From positions 67,574 through 131,573 of the forward strand of contig CDMY01000292.1 of assembly GCA_001179505.1 (NCBI GenBank): a stretch of 64,000 nucleotides of DNA, given 5' to 3'. Position numbers and translations under genes: made by a program. Under the pieces are notes generated by a model that was not told the DNA's origin, ran no database searches, and saw only the letters and a list, made by a program, of their open reading frames with translations. Origin of the DNA: Vitrella brassicaformis CCMP3155. Taxonomy: Eukaryota; Protista; Chromerida. Shown here one piece after another: positions 36,201 through 48,031 of the stretch; the first letter of the stretch is position 1; every line of letters begins with the position of its first letter.

Positions 36201-37057
36201 AACAACACCGACTTGTCCTGATGCATCAGAGACACACTCCCCACTCCTCAACTCCCTCCCTCCCTCCCTCCCCCCCTGCCAACCTGCAAGTATGTCTCGA
36301 CGAACAGCTGGACTATAGCGTGCGATCTGCTGGACCGCACATTCAGGCTCGACAGCCCCACCTTGCGCTTCACACACGCGTCCTCGAGCATGTCGAGAGC
36401 GGCATACGGCGAGTTCACGCTCACCACCTGGTAAGGGAAGCGGCTGGTCTTGAGGTAGAATTCGCCGCGGGACACCTCCACCCCTTCGTCGTCGTGCACC
36501 GGGGGGATCAGGTCCGTCAGCGTGTCGCCATATATCTCAAAGCAACACAGACGAACGCGCCGCCTCCACGTCTCTGCCTTCTGCTCCTCCTCGGCCTTCT
36601 TGTCGAAGAGCGACTGGATGAAGTACTGCAGGAGCCCCAGCTCGTTGTCCGTGCCGAAGATGGTGTGCGTCTTGCCGCTCCCCGTCTGCCCATAGGCCAT
36701 GACGGTCTCCCTGTACCCGTGGAAGAGGCCAGCGATCTTGTCAGTGCAGTTGAGCTGATCAAACACCAACAGGTTGTCCTCCCACGGCCCGAAGACGCGG
36801 CTGAACCGATACTCCTGGATCAGCGTCCCTCGCTGGCAGAGCAGCGAGTCCTTGCACTCGCCGTCAGGCACCGTGATGCATGCGGACTGGTGGTCGTCAT
36901 CATCCAGGGGCTTGACGCGCACGACGACGCTCTTCTCGCCGCCATTTGCAATGGGGACGTCGCTGGATGGCCTGCTTCGAACTCTGCTGAGGGTTCGGGA
37001 AGTGCCGAGGTCGGTCCTGGGAGGCGGTAGTCGTTGGTTAAGAGGGCGGGCAAACAT
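33260..37057 (-). CDS. Kinesin motor protein (N-terminal motor, coiled-coil and low-complexity tail); 3' end approximate
   Basis: VVVRVKP, YRFSRVFGP, P-loop AYGQTGSGKTHT, FEIYGDTLTDL, switch I NVRSSRSHA, switch II LVDLAGSE, NNSLSSLNRLL. Downstream coiled-coil exons (EYQRRVEEAESRAEWL; LQERIEMSADL). The last exon has two possible donors, so the stop lies at about 33260-33335. Confidence 0.92.
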
Positions 37058-37185
37058 GGCGATGCGATGGCTAAGTGTGCACTGGCAAGATGCACCAGAG
37101 GTTCAACGGTTGAGGTTATGTTTCGCGGAGGGGGATATCCGGCACCGTGATACAATTGCCGTGATATTCCGATTCCGTAGCACCG

Positions 37186-38086
37186 ATGGAGGCCTTCCTT
37201 GCCGAATACGCCGAAGGCGGCCTCAAGAAAGACATCGCACCGTTCCTCGGTAACATGTGTGGGTGGATGCATTCCACACAACAACTTCTGCCTTTGTCGT
37301 GTCGATGAATGCATTCCTCATGGATGGATGGATGGAGATGGGGTGTGTGTGTGTGCAGATAGCGTATCGTTGGTCAACTTCAGCAGCTGCAGCCCCCTCA
37401 TCGCGGGGCAGATAGGCCGCGACCACCATGACCTGTGGAGCACGCACCTCACCCACCCCGAGTACGCCAGCGATGTGTTCAAGGAGAAGGGGCGCGGCCG
37501 AGCATTCGGGCAGTCGCCGACCTGCCATCCGTCCTTCTACCGGCTGATAGTGGCGGCCTTGAGCCGCACGGGACACACCAGACGCCTGGCTAAGATCAAT
37601 GTAGGCCTCTGCACTGACACTGAGGATGCTCACGCGCACGTCTGTTTGGATTGTGCTGTTGTCCACACGCAGAAGCTGCACACGCGGGGCAAGCTGACGG
37701 CGCCGTTCGACCCCAAACACGACCCCGCCAAGATGGACAACCCCAAGAAGCGCGGCGGCAAGAAGCAGCAGCAGCAGCCCAGCTCCTCCGAGCCGGGCAT
37801 CTACGAGTTGTTCAACGGCTTAGTGAAGGACAAGGAGCGCAACGCTCGGCAAGAGGACATCCGGCGGGAGGCCAAGCGCAGGAGGGAGGGGTGGGGGCCC
37901 ATCCCCAAAGAGCACGAGGGGCTCTTCTGGGCGCTGGACAACAACCGCCCCTCCATGCTGGCCACGCGCATGCGGACGCGCTTCCCGGCCAAGAAGGTGC
38001 CGGGCGGCCTGCTGCAGCGGCTCAGGAGCGAGGCCAAGTGGAACGAGGAGGCCGCCAAGGTGCTGGCCGAGTACGTGGAGGAATAG
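37186..38086 (+). CDS. Hypothetical protein with an F-box-like N-terminus (3 exons)
   Basis: ATG 37186 MEAFLAEYAEGGLKKDIAPFL joins in phase 1 to DSVSLVNFSSCSPLIAGQI...DLWSTHL, an F-box-like spacing (I..FL....L..FS..S). A phase-0 intron leads to KLHTRGK...; stop TAG 38084-38086. Confidence 0.55.
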
Positions 38087-38287
38087 AGAAGTGTTGGGGT
38101 TGGGGGGGGCAGGGGCGACTGGCTGGGTGTGTGGATTGATAAGTGAGACTGCCTGGTGTGCGTTGTGAATGCCGGAGTGCGGTGACACCATACATGTCAT
38201 GTGAGTGAATGAGCCATCCATCATTCGGACTGTCCAGTGCATGGTATGGACCCACGTCTGTACCGTAAGCCGAATACTTGCTCCTAG

Positions 38288-38376
38288 CTTGCCGCCGAAT
38301 GGGAGGGCGGACAGCGAGTGTTTCAGGAGGCCTTGGGAGACGTCAGGACGGCGCACAGATCTGTGTGGGCCGCCTT
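38288..38376 (+). repeat. Dispersed ~90-bp element, copy B (copy A at 14789-14874, opposite strand)
   Basis: cttgccgccgaatgggagggcggacagcgagtgtttcaggaggccttgggagacgtcaggacggcgcacagatctgtgtgggccgcctt; internal palindrome cacagatctgtg. Confidence 0.85.
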
Positions 38377-40062
38377 AACGACTCGCAGGTCGTCATGAAA
38401 CAGTCTGTCAACACCCAGCCAAACGAACAACACCCCCTCCACTCCCTCTCCGTCCCCATCCATCAAATCACGCCACTCAAGTCACAGTCGTCTCCTGCGA
38501 TGTCGCCCGGCTGCGATCGATGCTGTGTACTCGTCTGCATATAGTCATCCAAAAGCCACTCGCTCCCGCATATGTATGTGCACATCCACACACCCCCTCC
38601 GTCCCTCCCTCCCTCGCCCCATGCGCCCATCCGTGTATCCACACATCCATATTTTGTGAGACAGACAGACACGCGTCAAAAGCCACTCAGTATACTAACT
38701 CCACACACCGACCGCACCACTAAACTTACTTCACTCGCATCCATCCATCAAGTCGCATCTATACATTCGCCCACACGTACGCACGCAATCACACGATGGC
38801 CCTCACGCACGCAGGAGGCAGGCAGGCAGGCAGGCATGGTTGCCCTCATGCTGCTGCAAGGTAAGCTGTGTGTGTTATCTGCGTGTATATAGATAGATAT
38901 CTTCACTGGCTGGCGGATGAATGAAAAGACTCACATACACACACCCAGACACTCTCTCTCACTGACCACGTCGCGCATTGAAAATCGTAGGGGGGAGGGA
39001 GGGAGCGGGGGAGTGGTAGAAGAGAGTAGAGAGTGTCTGTCGCACGTGTCATGTCTGTCTGGACATCTAGCTATGCCTATTCGGCATCTTCTGCACACCC
39101 AAGCCGAGCCGAGCCAGATATCGACACATCCACACACCCACACACCCATTTATCCACATACACAGATGTACAGATATACAGATGGACAGACACACAGACA
39201 CAGACAGACAGACAGACAGACACACAGACAGACAGACGCGTGTGTCTTCAACGCGCACAGACCGACAAGAAGGCCTGTCTAGGCATGAGTGGCATGCGTG
39301 GGTTCACCCGCGGAGGCACACACGGACACAGACACAGACACACCTGTCTGTCTGTCTGTCTGTAGACGTGTTGAGCACGGAGCCTAGACAGAGGGACTAT
39401 ACAGACAGACAGAAGCAGACGGATTGACGTGTGTACACCTGTGCAGACATACACACATGGGTATGCGTGTGTTCAACACGGAAGTGACCAGAGAGGCGGA
39501 TGGCTATACAGGCGGGGAGGCACAAAAAGGCGTCAGTGAATGGGCAAGCAGAGCAGATGAGTGAGTGGAGTGAGTGAGTGATCAGGGTAATGAACCCTCG
39601 CAATCAATCGCAGGGAAAGAAAAACGACCACACAGACAGAGAGACAGAGAGGCAGACACACACATCGATGGACCGATCACAGACCGTGACGCCCTCGCTA
39701 TACACTTCCCCCCCCCACCCCTCCCTCCCTCCCGCCCCCAAGACGACGGACAGACAGCTAATTCGATTCGCACGCCCCTTACACACACCACGCACAGCCA
39801 TACACGGATCCGCCCCTACACACACGCGCACGGCTGCCTAATGGCACGACGCAGTGCGTGGTAACTGCAGAGGCAGACCGACGGGCAGACAGACAGACAG
39901 ACGGGCAGACAGACCGGCAACCGATGAACTATTCTGTATACGTCGCTAGCTCCAATGGTACACATCCATCCATTTATCCATACGCACACAAATGTAATCA
40001 TTCACAAACTCACTGGTGGTGTGGGTGGGTGCGTCATGCTGCTCTCTGCCCTGCCGAGGCGG

Positions 40063-41102
40063 CTACTCCTCCCCAAAGCCCTCATCGGCGAAGTCGGCCC
40101 AGCTGAGGTCCACATCCACGTCAGCCGCCAGACCTGCAGCACGCCACACCACACCACATACACACACACACACACACATACACACATTGGATTGTATGCA
40201 GAGAGAGCTATCGACGTACGTACCCGTGTTGTCATCGTCTCCGCCACTCATGGACAGCAGCAGGCGGCGAGAGCAGGCATTGCAGCTGGCCGCACACACG
40301 TCCATGAGGCGGGTGCAGGCATGAACCTCCGCGGGCACTCCACGGCGGTAGGCCCTGGCGAGGTCGGTGAGCCTGACGGTGCACCCCATGCCCTTCCTGT
40401 TGGCCGCCCAGGTCAGCATCCTGCAGGTCTTCCCTTGCTGTCGGACCTGCACACACGCACCACACGCCACACACACGGTATGCGTGTCGCTCACCACACA
40501 AGCTTTGTGTGTGTGAGGGTGGGGTGGGGTGAGCGTGCCTTCGGGGAGTCCCTGCACTGAAAAAGCTGGGGGTTGAAAAAGGAGCCATCGGGACAGTCAC
40601 CACTCTCACCGTCCACGCCTACACCCACATGCCCAGATACACAGGTAGACAGACAGACGTGTGCACGTCACGTGTGCAGGGCAGTCGACCTCTTTGAGCG
40701 TTGTTCTATATCAGCTGCTTACCGCAGTCAGCAGTGTCCTCCGCACAACCATTGACGGCACACTGACACACACACACACACACACGGAGCGAGAGTGCAC
40801 GACGGGCCCGTCCCCCCGCGACACCGTACCTGTCGGTCGCAGACGTTGTCATTCATGTAGAACGATGGACAGGCCATGGTGCAGGAAGTGCCTCTCTGAA
40901 CACACACACACACACACACACGCCCACACACACGCGGAGAGAGAGAGAGAGATGCAGCGAGGATACAGATCCACCAAGGATGGGTGTGTCGGTGCGTGAG
41001 GGACTGGCGTACCTGGAGTTGTCTATCAGCAGCAGCTTTGGCCTCACACAGCGCCGCCAACGAGGTCAACACGCACACGGCACCCAGCAGCATCACTCTC
41101 AT
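40063..41102 (-). CDS. Small secreted cysteine-rich protein with an LNR (Lin12/Notch)-like repeat
   Basis: Signal peptide MRVMLLGAVCVLTSLAALCEA. Spliced CTMACPSFYMNDNVCDRQ-CAVNGCAEDTADC fits the LNR consensus (C..GDG.CD..CN...C..DGGDC). A later Cys module ends DVCAASCNACSRRLL; acidic tail; stop at 40063. Confidence 0.7.
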
Positions 41103-41578
41103 GCTCTTGGCACACACACAACACTCACTCACTTACTCAATCAGGCGCAGCACAGCACTCAATCTACACGGAGATGCGATATATAGGCAGCGATGAGCGC
41201 AATGCGATAAACGTGCACACCAACAGACAGGCGGAGTGTGAAAGAGAGAGGGGGGGCCGCCCACGGGCTGCCACTCGGCTATTCTCCCTAGCTGCAGGAG
41301 GGCAGCAGACAATCAAAACCTCCTTCCTGCCTGGCCTTCCTCTCTCACTCAGGCAGTCACCGCCGGCTGGCTATCGGGACGTTACAGTAGAGAGAGCGGG
41401 GCGTTTCAACGAAAAAAGCCTTGCGATAGGTGTGCACAGATACACGCGCACACGTGGGTGGATACGCCGCGCCGCTATCTGCCCTGACCGAGAGATCTCA
41501 CGGCAGTCAACGGTTTCACGTCAGTGGTTTAGAGCTCGCATCTGGGGGCGTCTCGGGGGGCCTGAGCGTCTCAGTGCC

Positions 41579-43969
41579 ATGCTCGCTTCCGTCGTTCTCC
41601 TGTTGCTCCTCAGCGCCTCGCTGGCGCCGGCCTCTGCCGACCACGATTGCCGCACAATCAACGAGACACGCATCCACGACCGCGTCGAACGGCGACATGA
41701 GGGCGCGAATTTCGCTCTTGCAATGGCCGAGGGTGCCGCTGAGCGTCCCGGCAGGAGCGGGGACGCAGAAACCCGAACGACTGAGTGGCAGCCCGGCAAA
41801 GACAAAAAGAAAAAGAAGCGACACGAACAGGAGGCCGAGTACCCGGCGGAGGCGGCACGGGAGCGTGGCGAGCGGGGAAGGCGTGAAAGGATGAGGCACC
41901 AGCAGGAGGCACAACCGGTGGCACAACCTTATGGGTATCATCAGCCAAACCTGCCCCCCGTCCACCCGGTGCGCCAGCCGGTGACCCAGCCACGGCTTCC
42001 CCCTGTGACCTCGCCCCACCAGCCGCCATCGGAGCAACCATATGGGTATTATGCGTATCACAGTCAGCCAAACCTGCCGCCCATTCACCCTCGCCCTATG
42101 ACCGCGCCCTACCAGCCGCCACCGGAGCAACCATATGGGTATTATCACAGTCAGCCAAACCTGCCCCCAATCCACCCGGTGCGCCAGCCGATGACCCAGC
42201 CACGGCTTCCCCCTGTGACCTCGCCTCACCAGCCGCCACCGGAGCCCGAATACGAATCGTTTACTGCCAGAATGGCCAGACTCGCGGCCGAGGAGCAACA
42301 GGAGAAGGAGCGGAAGAAGAAGCAGATGAAAATGAAGAAGGCGGAGAAGGTGCCCGGCGAGAAGAGGCGCCCGGGAGGGGTGGCCTGGGAAGTGCCAACA
42401 GAGACACTTGGCCACCGGTGAGAAGAAAATGTTCAGACAGACAAGAGCATTGTCCTGTGATGCTCTCTCAGGGGAAAAGAAGCAGAAGAAAAGGCGCGGC
42501 GTCGCACCAGCGAGAAGAAGGCGAAGAAGGCCAAAGCTACTCCCGAGAAAGCGCCCGTCACGACACCCAAGCAGCCGGTGCCCACTAAGGTGGCGCAACC
42601 CACCGTCGAGGTTGTGCCTCCGACCCCAAAGCCACGTTTGACGCCACCCATGGGGCCGCCGCCGGCACCCATGGGACCGCCATCACCCATACAAGCGTAC
42701 AAACACGACGTATACACAAAGGAGAAAGACCAAGTACACCTCATTGTGCGCTGTCTGTCTGCCTCTCTCTCTCTCTCTCTGTGGCTTGCTTGCCTGGTTG
42801 CAGCCCGGGTGCGGAGGACGACGAAGACACGGAGTCCGAGGACACCGAGTCGTCGGAGGAGGTATCCGATGAGGAATCGGAGGCCAGCGAAGAAGACGCA
42901 GAGGAGCCTGCGACTGTGGCCTTCACTGTCAATGACCCTGAAGGTAGGTGTTCCACATACGCAGTGTTGTCCGTAGTCACTCACCTGCCTGTCTGCCTCT
43001 ACACACACCACACACATACACAGGCAAGCAATACACATTTGACCTCCCCAAAAAGGTCAAGATCATCCGAGTCAAGCAACACGTGTTAGAGGACGACCGA
43101 TATCCCGCTTCGTCCGTGGACCTCCTCAAGGACGGGCAGCGGCTTCCAGACGAGGCGACCATGGCTGAGAGCGGTGTCAGGGACGGCGACACTCTCCAAC
43201 TTGTCCTTAAGTCAGAGACTCCGGCCGCCGCGAAGATAGGCATCACTGTCAATGACCCTGAAGGTAGGTGTTCCACATACGCAGTGCCGTCCGTACTCAC
43301 TCACTCACCTGTCTGTCTGCCTCTACACACACACCACACACATACACAGGCAAGCAATACACATTTGACATCGACAACACGGTCAAGATCATCCAGGTCA
43401 AGCAAGGCATCGAGTCGGTGGACCACCGATATCCCGCTGCGTCCTGGGACCTCTTCAAGAACGGGCAGAAGCTTGGAGACGAGGGGACCATGGCTGAGAG
43501 CGATGTCAAGGACGGCGACATTCTCCAACTTGTCCTTAAGTCAGAGGGGGCACCCAAGCAGACAAAACCACCAAAGAAAGGTGAGCCCTTCGGCGAGACA
43601 GACACTGAGACCCCTCAGCCCTGTTGTCCGTCTGTCTGTGTATGTGCAGAAGAGATAGAGTTACACGTCCACACCCTCGACGAGAAGCAGCCAATCCTTT
43701 TGAAGGTCGTGCCATCCGACACCATCCGCCAAATCAAGGAAAAGATCCACAAGAAGGACAACCGCTTCATGCCCGACGACATCGACCTGATGCTCAAAAG
43801 AGACGACGCCTTCTTCAAAGGATTCAAGACCCTGAACGACGACACCACCGTCCCGCAAGACATGATCCGGCAGCAGCGCGCCGACCTCTGGCTGAGCTAC
43901 AAGCCGAGGAAGAGAGCGAAGAAGAAGGCGGCGAAACCCATCAGGAGGAGCCAGAGCATGACAGACTGA
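41579..43969 (+). CDS. Signal-peptide protein with P/Q/Y-rich repeats, charged and acidic linkers, and three ubiquitin-like domains
   Basis: MLASVVLLLLLSASLAPASA leader; intron 42418-42471 restores the frame. UBL1 VAFTVNDPEGKQYTFDL...VKIIRVKQ...LLKDGQRLPDEATMAESGVRDGDTLQLVL; UBL2 IGITVNDPEGKQYTFDIDNTVKIIQVKQ...LFKNGQKLGDEGTMAESDVKDGDILQLVL; UBL3 IELHVHTLDEKQPILLKVVPSDTIRQIKEKI; stop 43967-43969. Confidence 0.85.
41924..42244 (+). repeat. Three imperfect coding tandem repeats (QPYGY..QPNLPP.HP......HQPP.E)
   Basis: Units begin caacc(t/a)tatgggtat at 41924, ~42035 and ~42128; units 1 and 3 are near-identical. Confidence 0.9.
42920..43545 (+). repeat. Tandem duplication of a UBL exon together with its intron (~320 bp x2)
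   Basis: cactgtcaatgaccctgaag|gtaggtgttccacatacgcagtg...cacag|gcaagcaatacacatttgac recurs at ~42925-43045 and ~43245-43370, including intron sequence. Confidence 0.9.
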
Positions 43970-44439
43970 GAGGACTGAGTGCATAGGTGATGGATGAGCC
44001 ACGGACAGACAATCCCTGCAACGATCCCGAGAGTGAGAGAGACAGGCCTGGCCTGCCTTTGCTTGATCTTGAACGAAATGAGTGGGACAAAACATGTACT
44101 GTATGCGCCTGTCTCATCAGATGTCTCAGCCATTGTCCTCTACCATACGTACACTCACTACACACGCCACTGCGCCACGTACTGCGTATGCACCTCTCTC
44201 TCCCTGTGAAATGATACCTACAGCCCCACTCACTCACAGCCAGCCAGTCAGCCAGTCAGCCAGCCAGCCACGCGCCGCACTCAAGGCAGCAGACATGGGT
44301 CCCTCACCCCTCCCCTCTCGCCCCCCCTGTCAACTCGTACACCAATCCTGAATGCGTCCATCCATCCATTCATGGCACAACACAACACAACACGAGACAC
44401 ACACAGACAGACAGACAGACGAGCAACCCGCCCAGCCTG

Positions 44440-44657
44440 CGCTTGACCTCCTTATGGCACTCGGCGTGGATGCCCTCGGCCCTCGCCCTGTCGACATCCT
44501 GGCCTCTCTCCTTCAAGTGGAAGAGGACCGTCTCCAACCGCATTAAAGGCGACGACTGCCCCGCTATTTCCTCGAGGTTCTTTCGGGCTGCCTGCGGGGC
44601 AGCCGCTGCCGCCGGGCCGGCCGCTTGACCATGATGCTCTGCGATGGGGAAGTCTAT
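44440..44657 (-). CDS. Possible orphan exon of an unresolved small gene
   Basis: Acceptor-like ...ggcctag| followed by the open frame IDFPIAEHHGQAAGPAAAAAPQAARKNLEEIAGQSSPLMRLETVLFHLKERGQDVDRARAEGIHAECHKEVKR. No start or partner exons established. Confidence 0.3.
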
Positions 44658-45311
44658 CTAGGCCAAAACACGGCTTCGCAGCGTGTCGATTGTGATGAGG
44701 AGGGAGGGACCTCGTGTCTCGCGTCAGGCACCGCATCAGTACGTTAATTAACAAGGAGATGGGGTATAATCATCCATCGTTCGTATGACACGGCATTGCA
44801 CTGTCCATGAAGTCAGTGGCTGTCTGAGCAGGACGGTCAGCCTACTCGCCATCGAGCCCTGTGTCAGTCGACGAATCCAAACGCTGCCTCGTTGGCCGAT
44901 GACCGCCGAACGAGGCATGCAGCGTTGGGGCGGCGTGTGACACATACCCGTATGAGAGATGGATCCATGATGCACTCACTGTCTCAGGCAGCCTGCACCA
45001 TCTGTCTGTCTGTGGGCGCTGCTGTCAAGGGAGACTCGGCAACGTCACTCTCGCCAAATGTCGACCCATCGGCGGGGGTAACGTTGCCGATTCTCGCTCG
45101 ATAGCAACGCGCCACACCACACCACAGAGAGACGACGTCGAGATCAATGTCTACTACTCATTCAATCAGGTGCACGACGAGGTGCATCAGTCACTGACGC
45201 ACCCCACATGCATGGACACAAGTGAGAGAGCACTCGAGTGAGTTGAGTTGAAATCCCCCCCTACCCTGCCCTGCCCTACCCCCCAAAGCATGCAGGGCAG
45301 GCGTCATCTCC

Positions 45312-46126
45312 TCAGCGTGTGCCGTTGACGCCGTCCTCATGCTTGACGGTGACCTCGTCCCGCTCGCGATTCCACTGCATCCATCCATCCATCCAGTCAT
45401 GTGCACACAAATCACACATGGGATTCGGTGTGGCTTGGCCTACTCACCTTGGCGACCATTGCGCGTCGCTCCTCGCTGGTCTGCCTGGCCCTGGCGCGGT
45501 AGTCATCCTCTGTCGCACCACCACCACCACCAACACCGCCCTCTCTCTCGCGATTCCACTGCACACACACGCAATGTAATGTGACACACACACGATCGTG
45601 TGTGGCTGTGTGGGTGTGGGTTGGTCGGTAGGAGCGCACCTGTTCGACCATGGCGCGTCGCTCCTGCGATGATTTCTCGCGGTACGTGTCGCCGTTCTGT
45701 CGGTCTCGGTTGTACCTGTCGCCGCCTCCCCTGCTGTCCCGGTACCCCCTGCTGTCATTGTAGCCGCCTCGCCTGTCGTCGCGGCGGTCTCTGTCGCGAT
45801 CTCGGTCCCGGTAGCGCTCGCGGGACCTGCATCACACCACACCACACACTGATGCATGAATGGACGTCCTCGGTGCAGACAGAGACTCTGTTTGAGGTTC
45901 TTCACCTGGATCTCTGCTGGGGTGCCTCCCTGTCCCTGTTGTTGTCCCTGTTGTCTCTGCTGTCCCGTGTGTCGGCTGGTTTTCTGTAGTCGGGGTGGTC
46001 CTCGTACATCTGCTTGAAGAGCTTCCGCTTAAGGGAACGCGGCACGTGCTTGGTGTGCATGAAGTTGCAGTACCCGCCACCTACACGCACACACGTAGCG
46101 AGATGGATGGATGGCAGTAACTCTAA

Positions 46127-46157
<31 letters not shown>

Positions 46158-47306
46158 CGTGTGTGTGTGTACGAGTGCATTGCCCTTCGACGAACTGTCT
46201 GCACCGCGCCTCCCTGAAATCGGTGACGGGGCAAAACTCAGCGGTGATTGCCTTGCCTGCACACCACACAGACGCAATGTCAAATTAATTACGTCGATGA
46301 GTGTTGGGGCCAGCGTACCTGCGTAGAATCTGCCAGTGAGGCCCTTGAGTGCCTTGTCGGCATCGTCCTCGTTGACGTACTTGATGTACACGTTGCCAAT
46401 CATGTGATCGCCTGCACACACACACACACACCAACCACATGAACACGCCAACCACATGAACACACATCCGTCAGTGCCTCATGGTCTGCACCGACCCACC
46501 GATATTGTCGCAGACCGTCATCTCTTCGATCTCTCCGTAGTTGGCCAGCTCAGCGAACACCTGTTGGCATGGCACCCACATGGCATGGACATGGACGCAG
46601 ACACCAAGAACACATTTGATTCGGCTGCCATGCATCCCCACTGACGTGTAATGTGCCTACCTCCTCATAGAACGCCTCAAAGTGGTCTTGTGCCTGGTCT
46701 GCCAAATCATCAGTCACCTGCTGACCTGCACACACCCACACACACACACACCCACACACACACGGACAGAGAGGAGAGCGAGAGAGGGAGAGAAATGCAC
46801 CTCTCTCTGTGTGGCCATCACACCCACACCCACACCCACACACCTTCGGCAATGGCGAGTGCCACAGGTGGGTTCTGATACATGTGTCGCAGCACCAGTG
46901 TCTGGCCTGTGGACACAGACAATACACATAATATCAAACAGCACCGGCGGCAGTGCTCACGTGCTCTCCCTCCCACCCCAGCGTCGTGTGCCTTCCCCCC
47001 CCATTGCCTTGATTGACTTGATTGACTTGATTGACTTACTTGCGGTCGGTTTGTAGTGTGCCCTTGAGCACTGATCCCCATGCCGACACGCGCCAATCTT
47101 CCAGTAGAACGGACAGTTCACCCTGCACCCAACACACACACACACACACACAGACACGGCACAAAGACAGCAAGCAGAACCAACGCACGAGTCACATAGA
47201 TGCACCCAGATGCACGCAGATCTCTCTCGCGCGCATCTCTCTGCTTCCCCATTCTCACCCACCTGTCCTCCTCCGTGCCGATGATCCGCGCAAGTCGTTC
47301 CGCCAT
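45312..47306 (-). CDS. U2AF1: Splicing factor U2AF small (35 kDa) subunit
   Basis: [37 protein letters not shown] (ZnF1); UHM HMYQNP...[12 protein letters not shown]...[37 protein letters not shown]; ZnF2 [24 protein letters not shown]; RS/RD tail ending [20 protein letters not shown]. Confidence 0.97.
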
Positions 47307-48031
47307 CTTCCTTCTCGATCTCTCTCCCCTCCTCCGCTGCGAGCTTCATGCGCTTCCCGATCCTCCGTGAAACCCTCTGGACAGCTGCGACAGAACTGGT
47401 GTCCCAGAAGAAAGAACGACCCTGAGAGCTGGATTGTGGTCCTTCGACACGATCCCTCAGGCAAACCAACGAAGCCGCGGTGGATGTGAGCCTTGGTTGT
47501 TGACCAGGGAGCACATTCGGTGACTAGAGGCCTCTCGTGAGAGCACCCTCATCTGTCCGGTCGCTGAGGCGAGATGGCCCTTCGGTCGCGACGTGTCGGC
47601 GTTGCCAGTACTGACTGCGCGAGGTGTCCTGTGTCGAGTGTACAGTCGAAGACAGAACGAGTCGCTGTTGCTGTTGCTACCGGTGCTGGTGCGAATCTTC
47701 CCCTCCCTCCCTCTTGCCGCTCCTGGCTTCCCCACAACCACGGCGATATCAGCATGACGTTCTACCTCGCGGCTGACGCCCACTACGACGCCATCTGAAC
47801 AAACCGACGGAACAGACGGCCTGTCGTGTGTTCGTTCGTGTCGTGTCGTGTTCGGATCCTTATTGCCCCTTCCCCTTCCCCCACCTCCCCCTTCTACAAC
47901 AGCAACAACAACCAGACCCATCATCCTTACCCCCGCTTGTGTACAGCTACAGCAGTATCTTACCTTGTCTGATCTACCTCTACCTCTACCTCTTCCTCTA
48001 CCTTGTTCTTTATCGGCATAGCCACATTAGC

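Noticed and set aside
39000-39420. Regularly spaced GACA/CA blocks as a CRISPR-like or satellite array
   Set aside because: Simple microsatellites of variable length with no fixed repeat-spacer structure; eukaryotic context.
41516-42598. 360-aa minus-strand ORF with repeats
   Set aside because: Antisense of the P/Q/Y repeat exon of the UBL protein.
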